Virus record (IMG/VR): IMGVR_UViG_3300046318_000260
Span: 3,862 to 67,861 of that record
From: a virus
DNA: 64,000 nucleotides
Reading direction: 5' to 3' (one strand)
In this document: positions 9,125 to 18,967 of the stretch, piece by piece
Position numbering within the stretch: the first letter of the stretch is position 1
Layout: each line of letters opens with the position of its first letter
Notes under the pieces: generated by a model
What the model saw: only the letters and a program-made list of their open reading frames with translations
Database searches by the model: none
Told to the model about the DNA's origin: nothing
Position numbers and translations under genes: made by a program

Positions 9125-10430
9125 ACAACAAAGTCTTAGTAAAACAGGTAAAGACCTGATGCTGAAAGAGCCCTATTACGGGTTCTTTCTCATTATGTTA
9201 AACAAGCTTTGGGATGACAGAAGAGTCCCAACTGCTGATGTAAGTAAAAATGGTATCAATTATCAGTTATGTATAAATGAAACCTTTTGGATGAGTCTTA
9301 GTGAAGAACATAGACTTGGTCTACTTAAGCATGAGCTATTGCATATTGCATTTGGTCACTTGACTACTTACTTTAAGTATTCAGATAAGAGACTGGCAAA
9401 CATTGCTATGGACATGGAAATCAATCAGTATATTGATAGATCATGGCTTCCTGGAGCCGAATTATCAGCTGCTGAATTTACTGAGCTTAAAGAAGCTGTA
9501 AAAGCAGAATTAGAACAAGCTGAAGAAAACAATGCAACACAGGAAGAGTTAAAAGCAATTGCTGATAAACTTCCGCCAAGAGGTGTAATGTTGGAAGATT
9601 ATGCTGATCTAAATCTGGATGTTAAAGCTGGTGCAAATTATTATTATGAAAAGCTAAGAGAAGCTAAAGATAAGAAAGATCAAACCGGTACTTCAGGTGA
9701 TGCTAACTTTGATGCTCTATGTGATCAAATGGATCAAGGAGACAATGATGGCATGCCTGATCATAGTACATGGGAAGACTTTGAAAATCTTACTGAAGCT
9801 GAGCAAAAGCTGATTGATAAGCAATTGCAGAAAGTATTATCTGATGCTAAAGAACAGACTGTCAAGAAAAGAGGTACTGTACCTGGAGAAATTGAAGGTG
9901 TTATTATAGTAGAAGAGATTACTGCAGCTAAGTTTGACTGGAGAGGATACATCAGAAGATTTACTGGTGTTAGTACTAAAGTCTATACTAAGAAGATTAG
10001 GAGAAAAGAGAATAGAAGATTCTCTGATAATCCTGGTATGAAAGTAAAGATGAAACAGCACATGCTATTGGCTATTGATACATCTGGTTCTGTTAGTAAT
10101 GATGAGTTGGTTGAGTTTATGTCAGAGATTCATCATATCTATAAAGCAGGTGTGGATATTACGATAGTACAGTGTGATACCATGATCCGTGATATTTCAG
10201 CTTACAGAGGTAAAAATGAACTTAAGATTCATGGTAGAGGAGGAACTTATTTTGATCCTGTCCTTGAATATTATAATGAGCATCAGAGACAGTTCACCAG
10301 TCTAGTATATTTTACTGATGGGGAATGTGATGCTTCAGTAAAACCTAAAGGAAATGTCCTATGGGTTTTGTCAGAAAGATCAAGTATGAATAATGACCTT
10401 CCGGGGAAAATTATCAAGTTAGAATTATAA
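9117..10430 (+). CDS. metallopeptidase-VWA domain protein (DUF2201-like)
   Basis: HELLH zincin motif followed by NIAMDMEINQ; MIDAS DTSGS, GRGGT and FTDG motifs. Confidence 0.88.
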   Translation: MTKQQSLSKTGKDLMLKEPYYGFFLIMLNKLWDDRRVPTADVSKNGINYQLCINETFWMSLSEEHRLGLLKHELLHIAFGHLTTYFKYSDKRLANIAMDMEINQYIDRSWLPGAELSAAEFTELKEAVKAELEQAEENNATQEELKAIADKLPPRGVMLEDYADLNLDVKAGANYYYEKLREAKDKKDQTGTSGDANFDALCDQMDQGDNDGMPDHSTWEDFENLTEAEQKLIDKQLQKVLSDAKEQTVKKRGTVPGEIEGVIIVEEITAAKFDWRGYIRRFTGVSTKVYTKKIRRKENRRFSDNPGMKVKMKQHMLLAIDTSGSVSNDELVEFMSEIHHIYKAGVDITIVQCDTMIRDISAYRGKNELKIHGRGGTYFDPVLEYYNEHQRQFTSLVYFTDGECDASVKPKGNVLWVLSERSSMNNDLPGKIIKLEL

Positions 10431-10441
10431 AAAGAAAAGTT

Positions 10442-11611
10442 ATGAGTCAAGTACAATTGAATGTAGAAGAATTAAAAAGTTTTATCAAACACATGGTTAA
10501 GAATAACCAGCATATTCAAGCTGAAGGAAAAGTTCCTGTAGCAATTAATATAGAAGGTGATGCGGGTCTTGGTAAGACTTCAGCTATCATGCAACTAGGT
10601 AAAGAGCTGAATATGCAAGTTGTAAAACTTAATTTATCTCAGTTGGAAGAATTAGGTGACTTAGTAGGTTTTCCTGTGAAAGAATTTCAGATTCAGAATG
10701 CTGAAGGGCAAACTAAGTGGATTAATGAAGCTCAGATTGCTGCAGCTCAAAAAGCAGGATTCAAAATTGTAGATAAGCGCATGTCTCATGCTGCTCCGGA
10801 ATGGATTCAAGGTAAAGGTGAAGGTGGTTTCTTGGTATTGGATGATTATACCAGAGCTGACCACAGATTCATGCAAGCAACCATGGAAATCTTAGATAGA
10901 CAAGAATATGTTTCTTGGAAGCTACCTAAGAACTGGCATGTTATTTTGACTACTAATCCAGACAATGGTGACTATAATGTTACTAGTCTTGACGTAGCTC
11001 AGAAGACCAGATTTATTTCTGTTGAGTTGAAGTATGATGTAAAAGTGTGGGCTAAATGGGCTGAGCAAGCACAGATTGATGGTAGATGTATCAACTTCAT
11101 GTTGATGAACCCAGAATTGGTAACTCAAAGAGTTAATCCAAGATCTGTGACTACTTTCTTCAATGCAATTAGTTCAATCCCTAAGTTTGAGGATGATCTT
11201 CCATTAATCCAAATGATTGGTGAAGGTTCAGTTGGTGTTGATTTCTCTAGCATGTTTACTATGTTTATTAATAACAAGCTGGACAGAATCATTTCACCTG
11301 AAGACACCTTTACAAAAGATGAAGCTTATGTAATGGGAGCTTTGACAGGTGCTGTTGGTAAAGATGATGACTTTAGAGCTGATATCTCAAGTGTTATTGC
11401 AACCAGATTGATCAACTATTCATTAATGCATGCTGAAACTAAGCCTGTACCTGATGCAATGATTGGTAGAATTATTAAGCTTACAACAGACTGTGATGCC
11501 TTTACAAATGACCTAAGATATTACATGGTCAAAGAAATTGTGAATGGTAACAAAAACAAATTCTCTAAGCTAATGATGAATACTGACGTGGTGAAGATGG
11601 CTGTCCAATAA
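10442..11611 (+). CDS. MoxR-like AAA+ ATPase
   Basis: Walker A GDAGLGKT, GDLVGFP, Walker B LVLDDYTRA, LTTNP and TRF motifs; adjacent to the VWA gene. Confidence 0.88.
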   Translation: MSQVQLNVEELKSFIKHMVKNNQHIQAEGKVPVAINIEGDAGLGKTSAIMQLGKELNMQVVKLNLSQLEELGDLVGFPVKEFQIQNAEGQTKWINEAQIAAAQKAGFKIVDKRMSHAAPEWIQGKGEGGFLVLDDYTRADHRFMQATMEILDRQEYVSWKLPKNWHVILTTNPDNGDYNVTSLDVAQKTRFISVELKYDVKVWAKWAEQAQIDGRCINFMLMNPELVTQRVNPRSVTTFFNAISSIPKFEDDLPLIQMIGEGSVGVDFSSMFTMFINNKLDRIISPEDTFTKDEAYVMGALTGAVGKDDDFRADISSVIATRLINYSLMHAETKPVPDAMIGRIIKLTTDCDAFTNDLRYYMVKEIVNGNKNKFSKLMMNTDVVKMAVQ

Positions 11612-11668
11612 GACAAAGCTTAATCATTTTCCCACTAAATAATACATTTAGCTAGTTAAGTCTAACAT

Positions 11669-11694
11669 AAGGGGGGATTAGTCTCCCCTTTTTT
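11669..11694 (+). terminator. intrinsic terminator
   Basis: AAGGGGGGA-TTAG-TCTCCCCTT followed by T-run. Confidence 0.75.
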
Positions 11695-11705
11695 AAAATG
11701 ATACA

Positions 11706-13106
11706 ATGAATATATTGCAAATAAGATCCGGAATCTCATCATGGGATTATAAAAGAGGTATGATTCCTACATTCAGTTTTAAATTACACATAGGAGGTTT
11801 TGGACAAGACATCATAGATGATTTATCTCTAACTAAAACACCTTATGTACCTACCAAAGGAGATAAAATCTACTTTTTACCAAATGTAAATGTACCCAGA
11901 GTAAAGTTCAAGAATGTATGTGTAGAGCATAATGTAAAAAATGTAAGAGACTTCTTTCAAGCAACTGTTTTCTTTGGTTCAAAGAAAAGTCTTAATGAAA
12001 TGACAGATACTCATTGGTTATACAAATGCTCAACTAAATACTTTGTGGAATTTTTTGAGCTTGTTAAACACAAAATGGATGAGTATGATGTAGAGAAAAC
12101 AGAGACAGCTCTTGAATATTATACTGAAGAATTTGTAGCCTTAGATAGTAACTTGTTACAGATTATTAATGAGGAGGAATCTATTATTACAGATGATGAT
12201 TTTGGATTCAGTGAAAATCTTATGACTGTTAAAGAAGAGTATCAAGACTTGTATAATCACCTTAAGGGTAAAGTTATTCTTGATGAGTCATGTGTAATTA
12301 ATGTCCTCAATGGTGAAGATGCTACAGAAATTGATGTAAACATGTATAATCATTTGTGTGAGATGTTTGACAGTTCAGACACTGATAATCATGTACTTGC
12401 TATGGAAATCATGGCCAACTCTAAGTATGTAGAAAGTCTTGTTTATCTTGAGTTATTGTTCTATAAGTATTATAGTGCAATATCTGATAGACACACCAAG
12501 AACCATGTCAACTTCAAATCTTTAGTTAGTTACTTAGGTAAAGACAAAGCTTACATGTCAACTGATATTGATGACATTGCAAAGAGTTTGATTGATAAAG
12601 ATCAATTCACTACAGATAAGATTGACATTGTCATGAGCTATCTGTCTGATGATATCAAGCTTAGAGGTACTAGTAAGTATTTTGCAGTAAAGACTATTAC
12701 CGTCCACCCGGATTTTGCTCATGTCTTAAACAAGAACTATGAGTATGAAGTTCAAGCAGATTTTGTACCTACGGTAGTAGAAAGTCCTGAAGTAGAAGAG
12801 CTCCCAGCTTATGAGGGGTCAGAGGGACCAATAGGACCACAAGGACATGCTGATCCAGTAGGAGAACTTGGAGCCCCAGGAGTGGATGGAATTGAATCTG
12901 TAGAGTCTGAGTTTGCAGCTGAAGACAACTTTGAAGAAGAAGTTGAATGGCCTGTGGAAGAACCAGTCTTTACTGAAGAGGAAGATGAAGCTATAGGAGA
13001 AGCAATTGCTGAATTAGAACCAGAATCTATTACTGTACTTTCCGAATCCAAATCAAATAACAATCAAATAGCAACAAATGGCCCTGATGACTTTGAGTGG
13101 TTCTGA
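11706..13106 (+). CDS. hypothetical protein; possible BRCT-like N-terminal segment, acidic tail with short G-x-y repeat
   Basis: KIYFLPNVNVPRVK...VRD segment; GSEGPIGPQG...GELGAPGVDG; very acidic C-terminus. Confidence 0.65.
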   Translation: MNILQIRSGISSWDYKRGMIPTFSFKLHIGGFGQDIIDDLSLTKTPYVPTKGDKIYFLPNVNVPRVKFKNVCVEHNVKNVRDFFQATVFFGSKKSLNEMTDTHWLYKCSTKYFVEFFELVKHKMDEYDVEKTETALEYYTEEFVALDSNLLQIINEEESIITDDDFGFSENLMTVKEEYQDLYNHLKGKVILDESCVINVLNGEDATEIDVNMYNHLCEMFDSSDTDNHVLAMEIMANSKYVESLVYLELLFYKYYSAISDRHTKNHVNFKSLVSYLGKDKAYMSTDIDDIAKSLIDKDQFTTDKIDIVMSYLSDDIKLRGTSKYFAVKTITVHPDFAHVLNKNYEYEVQADFVPTVVESPEVEELPAYEGSEGPIGPQGHADPVGELGAPGVDGIESVESEFAAEDNFEEEVEWPVEEPVFTEEEDEAIGEAIAELEPESITVLSESKSNNNQIATNGPDDFEWF

Positions 13107-14085
13107 TGAACTTGAACTTTTCTACAAGAAAAAGTTTTACTTTAGTTACAGTGGGATTAATAAGTTATTATTCTCCCCTGTAATGTTTTATAATCATTAT
13201 GTGCTCAACCAAAGAGAAGATAGTACAGACGCGCACCTGGTAGCAGGGCGTGTCTTGCACTGTCTGTTACTTGAGGAAGAGAACTTTGATGAACAATTTG
13301 TATTAATGCCTGGTAAAATCCCAACAGATAGCCAGAAGAAAATTATAGATAATATTTTCAAATATCATTTGACATTAGGAAATAATACCTTAAATTTGTC
13401 TGATTACTCTCAGGAAATTCTTACACAACTTCTTACTGTTAACTTATATCAATCTCTCAAGACTGATCAGCAAAGAATTGACAAGATTTTAACTCAGGAA
13501 AACATTGATTATTTTCAATTCCTTAAGACTAGTTTAGACAAAACTATAGTTGATGAGCCCACTTTAGCTGCATGTAGAACATCAGTTGAAGTCCTAAGAG
13601 CTAATCAAGATATTAGAGCACTGTTACAACTAGACAAAGATGAATTTGACCATACTATTGAAGTTTACAATGAGTTATTTATTAAAGCCGAACCGAGTGA
13701 ACAACCATTTGGCTTTCATGGAATGCTTGACAATGTTGTTATAGATCACAATACAAAGACTATCTTTATAAATGATTTAAAGACTCTTGGTAAGTCCATA
13801 CAAGATTTCCCAGATTCTGTAGAGTACTATAGGTATTGGATTCAAGCCATTATTTATATACAGTTGGTTAAACACCACTTTGCAGAGTTTGCAAGCTATG
13901 ACTTCCAGATTACTTTTATAGTAATTGATAAGTATAATCAAGTTTATCCTTACCAAGTGTCACAAGAAACACTAGACAAATGGAAGTCTGATTTTGATGA
14001 AGTGGTGACTAAAGTGGCTTGGCACTACAACAACAAAAGATATGACCTTCCTTATGAACTAGCATTGGGTAATGTAAAATTATAA
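13078..14085 (+). CDS. PD-(D/E)XK exonuclease (RecE/DUF3799-like)
   Basis: FSYSGI, G..LHCLLLE, HGMLD...INDLKT and YWIQA..Y motifs. Confidence 0.8.
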   Translation: MALMTLSGSDELELFYKKKFYFSYSGINKLLFSPVMFYNHYVLNQREDSTDAHLVAGRVLHCLLLEEENFDEQFVLMPGKIPTDSQKKIIDNIFKYHLTLGNNTLNLSDYSQEILTQLLTVNLYQSLKTDQQRIDKILTQENIDYFQFLKTSLDKTIVDEPTLAACRTSVEVLRANQDIRALLQLDKDEFDHTIEVYNELFIKAEPSEQPFGFHGMLDNVVIDHNTKTIFINDLKTLGKSIQDFPDSVEYYRYWIQAIIYIQLVKHHFAEFASYDFQITFIVIDKYNQVYPYQVSQETLDKWKSDFDEVVTKVAWHYNNKRYDLPYELALGNVKL

Positions 14086-14088
14086 GTT

Positions 14089-14655
14089 ATGGCTTTGAAC
14101 GCGCTTTATAGGAAGTACTTCCAAAAATCTAAGATCTTTATGTATCCGCTCTTAGATATACCAAGAGGGTCTCTTGCTGTTCCAACTGAAACATATGTCA
14201 GTTGGGAAGGTAAGTATACCTCTGAGGATGCAAAACTTGTTTGTGTCTATCATACAAGTAGTTCTCCTGAGTACATTAACTTTGAAAATAATGTTCTTAT
14301 GAGACATACTAGACTTTGTGATTATATCAAAGTAGATAGCACAACCAGTATATTTATATTTGACTTTTCTGATTTAAAGGATGATTGGGGCCATTTTATA
14401 AATGGTCATTATAGCAAAATCAGTGATAAACTAAAGCGCAAAATTCTGAACTATTTCAATGACAACAGTGCAAATCATGTTTATGTAGAGAGTTATTTGT
14501 TCCCTGAAAAGTACAGAAAAGACTATGCAGACCTATTGGCTGTAGATGTTGAATTACTTGAAGAGACCGGTGAGCTCTGTGATAAACCTGATATACTGAA
14601 AGAAGAATTATTAATTAAGGTTCCAGATTTGGAAAACTTGAAAATTCTAGATTAA
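14089..14655 (+). CDS. hypothetical protein
   Basis: 188 aa ORF with tight operon spacing; F..G.YSK motif. Confidence 0.75.
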   Translation: MALNALYRKYFQKSKIFMYPLLDIPRGSLAVPTETYVSWEGKYTSEDAKLVCVYHTSSSPEYINFENNVLMRHTRLCDYIKVDSTTSIFIFDFSDLKDDWGHFINGHYSKISDKLKRKILNYFNDNSANHVYVESYLFPEKYRKDYADLLAVDVELLEETGELCDKPDILKEELLIKVPDLENLKILD

Positions 14656-14682
14656 TTTGTACTAAATTTAAAAAAACTAACA

Positions 14683-15051
14683 ATGAGTCAAAACACAATG
14701 ATGCTTGTCCAAGCCACATGGCAAGACACCCAAACCTTTAGAATGATTCCTGTATCAACTGAATGCCCTTATGTTGAGTGCATCTTTGATCCAGCAACAA
14801 AAGTATTTGTTATCATTTCTAAGATCAAAAGAACATCTTTACAGATGCTACCTAAGTTGGATGAGTATGGTCAACCAGCAACTGGTTCAAAAGGCCGTAA
14901 AGAAGAGAGACATAAAGTTGAGGTCTTCCAAGAGTTTTATGTAGAGCATACAAGTGCTGTGAAAGAGTTAGTAGAGTTGTTTGCAATCAATGCAAAAAGC
15001 TTTGACTACAACCAATTTTTGGGTGAACCAGAAAAGAAAAAAGCAAAGTAA
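14683..15051 (+). CDS. hypothetical protein
   Basis: 122 aa ORF with A-rich upstream region, followed by a terminator. Confidence 0.75.
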   Translation: MSQNTMMLVQATWQDTQTFRMIPVSTECPYVECIFDPATKVFVIISKIKRTSLQMLPKLDEYGQPATGSKGRKEERHKVEVFQEFYVEHTSAVKELVELFAINAKSFDYNQFLGEPEKKKAK

Positions 15052-15069
15052 TAAACTACAACTAGATAG

Positions 15070-15100
15070 AAAGGGAGTGGTTTGACTACTCCCTTTTTTT
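15070..15100 (+). terminator. intrinsic terminator
   Basis: AAAGGGAGT...ACTCCCTTT followed by T-run. Confidence 0.8.
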
Positions 15101-15142
15101 ATTAACCAAAAAGGGGGAACAGCTTAACTGAACAAATCTATT

Positions 15143-15370
15143 ATGGGACATGTTGAATTTGGCCGATGTGATGTGTGTAAAAAAGACGGACCATTAGTAA
15201 GAACATATTGGCATTATCCAATTGCATGTGAATGTCATGGGCCTACACATAATGAAATGAGAAGACATTGTAATACATGTGTACCTCATCCACCACTTTA
15301 TACAGAGATAAGTGTATCTACAGCAAAATTGCTTGATCCAATCCATGAAGGTTTATTTAAAAAAAGATAG
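15143..15370 (+). CDS. small Cys/His-rich putative zinc-binding protein
   Basis: CDVC, CECH and HCNTC motifs; ends 2 nt before the polB start. Confidence 0.6.
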   Translation: MGHVEFGRCDVCKKDGPLVRTYWHYPIACECHGPTHNEMRRHCNTCVPHPPLYTEISVSTAKLLDPIHEGLFKKR

Positions 15371-15372
15371 AA

Positions 15373-17280
15373 ATGAGTAGTACTAGAACCCATTGGGTAA
15401 TGGATTATGAAACTTTAAGTAATTGTTTCATAGCAGTGTTTGAAGACATTAAGTCTGAGCATCAAGAAGTGTTTGTAATACATGAGAGTCAAAATGATCT
15501 TATTCCTTTCTTAAGTTTCCTTGACAGAAATATTGTACAGGAAGAGTGGCATGTAAGTTTCAATGGTATTGGCTTTGACAGTCAGATTACTGAGTATATT
15601 CTACATAATCAAGAGCAACTTGCATTTATGACTGCTACCGAAGTAGCTAATTTTATTTATGGAAAAGCACAAGAAGTAATTAGAAGACAGAATGAAGGAG
15701 AGTTCCTTGAGTTCAGTCCTAGAGATTTGCAGATCAGACAGGTGGATGTATTCAAACTTAATCACTGGGATAATCCAGCTAAGAGAAGTTCATTAAAGTG
15801 GATTCAGTACACAATGGATTGGCATAATATTATTGACATGCCTATTCATCACAGCAGTGATATAAAAACAGAACAGATTCCAAGTATCATTACTTACTGT
15901 ATCAATGATGTCAAGTCTACCAAGCAAATTATGATGCTTAGCAAGGATCAGATAGCTTTAAGAAAGACTTTGACAGAAGAGTATAACATTGATCTATTCA
16001 GTGCTTCTGAGCCAAGAATTTCCAAAGAGTTATTCTTACACTTCTTGAGCAAACAGACTGGAATTAAGAAGTATGATCTTAAGCAGATGAGAACTCATAG
16101 GCCTAAGATTGTAGTAAAAGATCTTATCTTACCTTACATTGATTTTAAGACAGCTACATTTCAGAATCTTCTAAGAAAGTTTCAGGATGTAGTTATCTAT
16201 CCAGGTGAGACTAAAGGAGGCTTTAAGTATTCTGTACAGTATAAAGGAGTCAAAACAGACTATGGTCTTGGTGGTATTCATGGCGCAAGGTCTGCTAAGG
16301 TATACAAATCTGATGCTGATATGGTTATTATGACCTCTGATGTTACCAGTTTTTATCCTAATCTAGCTATTAGGAATAAGTGGGCACCGGGTCATTTACC
16401 ACAGAAGGACTTTTGTGATCTGTATGAGTGGTTCTTTGAAGAAAGAAAGAAGATACCAAAGAAAGATCCAAGAAACTATGTGTACAAGATTATCCTGAAT
16501 TCAACTTATGGTTTATCCAATGATGCTAATTCATTCTTGTATGATCCAGAGTTTACTATGAGGATTACTATCAATGGTCAGTTGAGTCTGACTATGTTGT
16601 ATGAAATGATTTGTGAAGAGATTCCGGGTGCTGTACCTCTAATGCAAAATACAGATGGTCTTGAGACAATGATCCCAAGAGAGTATGTAGATAAGTATAT
16701 GGAGATATGCGCGCGCTGGGAAAAACAAACATTACTGCAGCTTGAGCATGACACTTATAGTAAAATAATCTTAGGTGACGTTAATAACTATATTGCTGTT
16801 ACTGAAGATGGAAAATCTAAATGCAAAGGTAGATTTGAGTATAAAGATTTAGCTCTTCATAAAAACAAGAGCTTCTTGATTATACCAAAAGCTTTGCATG
16901 CATACTTTGTAGAAGGAATTGAACCTGAAGATTTTCTTGCACAGAATGAAAATATCTTTGATTACTGTGGAGGAGTGAAAATTAAAGGAGACTGGAAGTT
17001 TGTAGAACATGCTATTGTAGATTCTGTTTATCAAAAACAAAACTTGCAACACACTATTAGATATTTTGTATCTAACAAAGGCAGCAAGATTATCAAGACT
17101 AACTTGCTTGATGACAGAGAGATACAAGTTGAGTCTGGAAAATGGCTACAGTCTGTATTCATTGACTACAAAGAAAAACCTTTTGCTGAATACAATGTAG
17201 ATAAAAGATTCTATCTTGAGAAGATCAAGAAAGAGATTCAAAACTTAGAACCAAATAGAAACCAATTAAGCTTATTTTAA
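15373..17280 (+). CDS. polB: family B DNA polymerase
   Basis: ExoI DYET, ExoII FNGIGFD, ExoIII YCINDV; polymerase motifs SDVTSFYPN, YKIILNSTYG and NTDG. Confidence 0.95.
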   Translation: MSSTRTHWVMDYETLSNCFIAVFEDIKSEHQEVFVIHESQNDLIPFLSFLDRNIVQEEWHVSFNGIGFDSQITEYILHNQEQLAFMTATEVANFIYGKAQEVIRRQNEGEFLEFSPRDLQIRQVDVFKLNHWDNPAKRSSLKWIQYTMDWHNIIDMPIHHSSDIKTEQIPSIITYCINDVKSTKQIMMLSKDQIALRKTLTEEYNIDLFSASEPRISKELFLHFLSKQTGIKKYDLKQMRTHRPKIVVKDLILPYIDFKTATFQNLLRKFQDVVIYPGETKGGFKYSVQYKGVKTDYGLGGIHGARSAKVYKSDADMVIMTSDVTSFYPNLAIRNKWAPGHLPQKDFCDLYEWFFEERKKIPKKDPRNYVYKIILNSTYGLSNDANSFLYDPEFTMRITINGQLSLTMLYEMICEEIPGAVPLMQNTDGLETMIPREYVDKYMEICARWEKQTLLQLEHDTYSKIILGDVNNYIAVTEDGKSKCKGRFEYKDLALHKNKSFLIIPKALHAYFVEGIEPEDFLAQNENIFDYCGGVKIKGDWKFVEHAIVDSVYQKQNLQHTIRYFVSNKGSKIIKTNLLDDREIQVESGKWLQSVFIDYKEKPFAEYNVDKRFYLEKIKKEIQNLEPNRNQLSLF

Positions 17281-17281
17281 G

Positions 17282-18481
17282 ATGCCAAAGAAAATACAAG
17301 ATTGCACAAAAGCACACTTAATTAGTATTGATTTACCGGTCCATGGTGATAGCTATACAGTTATCAGCCATGAGTCAGTTATGGATATGTCAACAAATGC
17401 TCTTACTACAGCAGGATTTACAATTGCTGATGAAGAATACAGAGCTACTGCTGATGGAAATATTGCTCAGGGTATTTATAGATTGACCTATAATAGTGAT
17501 CCTGAGTTATCTATGATGTTTGCATGGACAAACAGTTACAACAAACAAGTGAGATTCAAATGTGGAGTAGGTGCTTATATCAATAAGACAGGAACTGTAA
17601 TGGTTTGTGGAGATATGGGTAGCTGGGCCAGAAAACATACTGGAACTGCAGATGAAGAAACACTTAAAACTATCACAGACCAAATTACTAATGCACAGAT
17701 GTATTATAATCAATTGGTCTCTGATAAGAACTCTATGAAAGATATCTCAATGAATAAGAGAAAGCAAGCTCAAATGCTTGGGATCTTATTTGCTGAATAT
17801 CAGATTCTTACAACAGAACAAGCTAGTTTTATTAGACAACAGATGGATAAACCAAGTCATGTGTTTGAGGATTCTAATAGCTTATGGGCATTCTACAATT
17901 ATGTCACATTAGCTTTACAGCTTTCTCATCCTAAGACTTGGATGGAAGATCAGCGCATCTTGCATTATTTTATCTCAAGCATTAACAACTTTGCTCAACC
18001 TGCTCCAGTAGCTGCACCAGTTGTGATAACTGAGCCTGAAGTATTTGTTGATCCTAATCAAACAAGTTTGTTAGATCAAATTGCAGAAGTTGAAGCTGAA
18101 GAAGTCTCGGAGTATCAAGTCAAGGAAGAACAGGAAGACAAGGTATGTGATGAAACCATCATTTACACCGATCAAGCTGGTAATACATTTGAGACAACTT
18201 CAATTGCTCCATGTGTTGGACATGATGCAGAGACTGAGAAAGACTTGGAAGAAGAGATTCTGGCTACCGAAGTAGAGAATTTCTTTGAGGCAGTTGCTCC
18301 AGTTCCTTCGTTAGAACCAACTCCAGAACAGTATGAGCAGTTTGAAGCAGAACAAGCAAATCTTGATATTGTTCCTGTTGCTCAAGAACCGGTTATTGTC
18401 AATGATGAAGCTGATTTTGATTTAGACTTCAGAGTTGAAGCAGAAGAAGAGGATGAAGAAGACAATGTCTTTGAATTCTAA
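17282..18481 (+). CDS. DUF932-like protein with long acidic tail
   Basis: Y..ISH, NSYNK..RF...G, RKHTG and SLWAFYN motifs; E/D-rich C-terminal region. Confidence 0.6.
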   Translation: MPKKIQDCTKAHLISIDLPVHGDSYTVISHESVMDMSTNALTTAGFTIADEEYRATADGNIAQGIYRLTYNSDPELSMMFAWTNSYNKQVRFKCGVGAYINKTGTVMVCGDMGSWARKHTGTADEETLKTITDQITNAQMYYNQLVSDKNSMKDISMNKRKQAQMLGILFAEYQILTTEQASFIRQQMDKPSHVFEDSNSLWAFYNYVTLALQLSHPKTWMEDQRILHYFISSINNFAQPAPVAAPVVITEPEVFVDPNQTSLLDQIAEVEAEEVSEYQVKEEQEDKVCDETIIYTDQAGNTFETTSIAPCVGHDAETEKDLEEEILATEVENFFEAVAPVPSLEPTPEQYEQFEAEQANLDIVPVAQEPVIVNDEADFDLDFRVEAEEEDEEDNVFEF

Positions 18482-18496
18482 GACTGATTACTAACT

Positions 18497-18527
18497 AAAG
18501 AGGTAGCATTTGTTACCTCTTTTTTTT
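18497..18527 (+). terminator. intrinsic terminator
   Basis: AAAGAGGTAGC-ATTT-GTTACCTCTTT followed by T-run. Confidence 0.75.
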
Positions 18528-18539
18528 ATCTTTAACCCC

Positions 18540-18671
18540 ATGAAAAAGTATAATCAACCAGAAGATCAAAGATCTAGAGAAAAGTATGAGTTTGCAATGG
18601 CGGCCACTAGTATATCTTTTATTGCTATGGTGCTTATACTAATTTGTTACGCCTTATACTCCGCACTATGA
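18540..18671 (+). CDS. 43 aa single-pass membrane protein (not in ORF track)
   Basis: Translates to MKKYNQPEDQRSREKYEFAMAATSISFIAMVLILICYALYSAL*; its TGA overlaps the next ATG at 18668. Confidence 0.6.
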   Translation: MKKYNQPEDQRSREKYEFAMAATSISFIAMVLILICYALYSAL

Positions 18672-18967
18672 AAGATGCAGAATGGTCAGGACTTATGAAA
18701 ATTCCTGATGAAGTTGTTATAAGTGAACTTAGAATTAAAGTTGGACAACTTGAGTCATATGTTGAAGAACTTGAAGAGCAAGTAAAAGAAAGAGCTCTTA
18801 AAAATGTGAAGCTTACTAAGTTAGAACATCTAGAAAGAGACAATGAGAGACTCAAAGGTTTATTAATGGATGCACAAAATAGACTTGGTGATCTTGGCAA
18901 AAGAAATCAAAGATTAGAAACAGAATTATTTAAACACTTAAAACAACAAAATGAAAAAACAGATTGA
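18668..18967 (+). CDS. coiled-coil hypothetical protein
   Basis: ATGA overlap at 18668 gives the likely start; heptad pattern. Confidence 0.65.
   Translation: MKDAEWSGLMKIPDEVVISELRIKVGQLESYVEELEEQVKERALKNVKLTKLEHLERDNERLKGLLMDAQNRLGDLGKRNQRLETELFKHLKQQNEKTD

Noticed and set aside
18081-18275. Basic 64 aa alternative-frame ORF inside the DUF932-like gene
   Set aside because: It is the frame-shifted reading of a GAA-rich acidic tail, with a TTG start and no independent support
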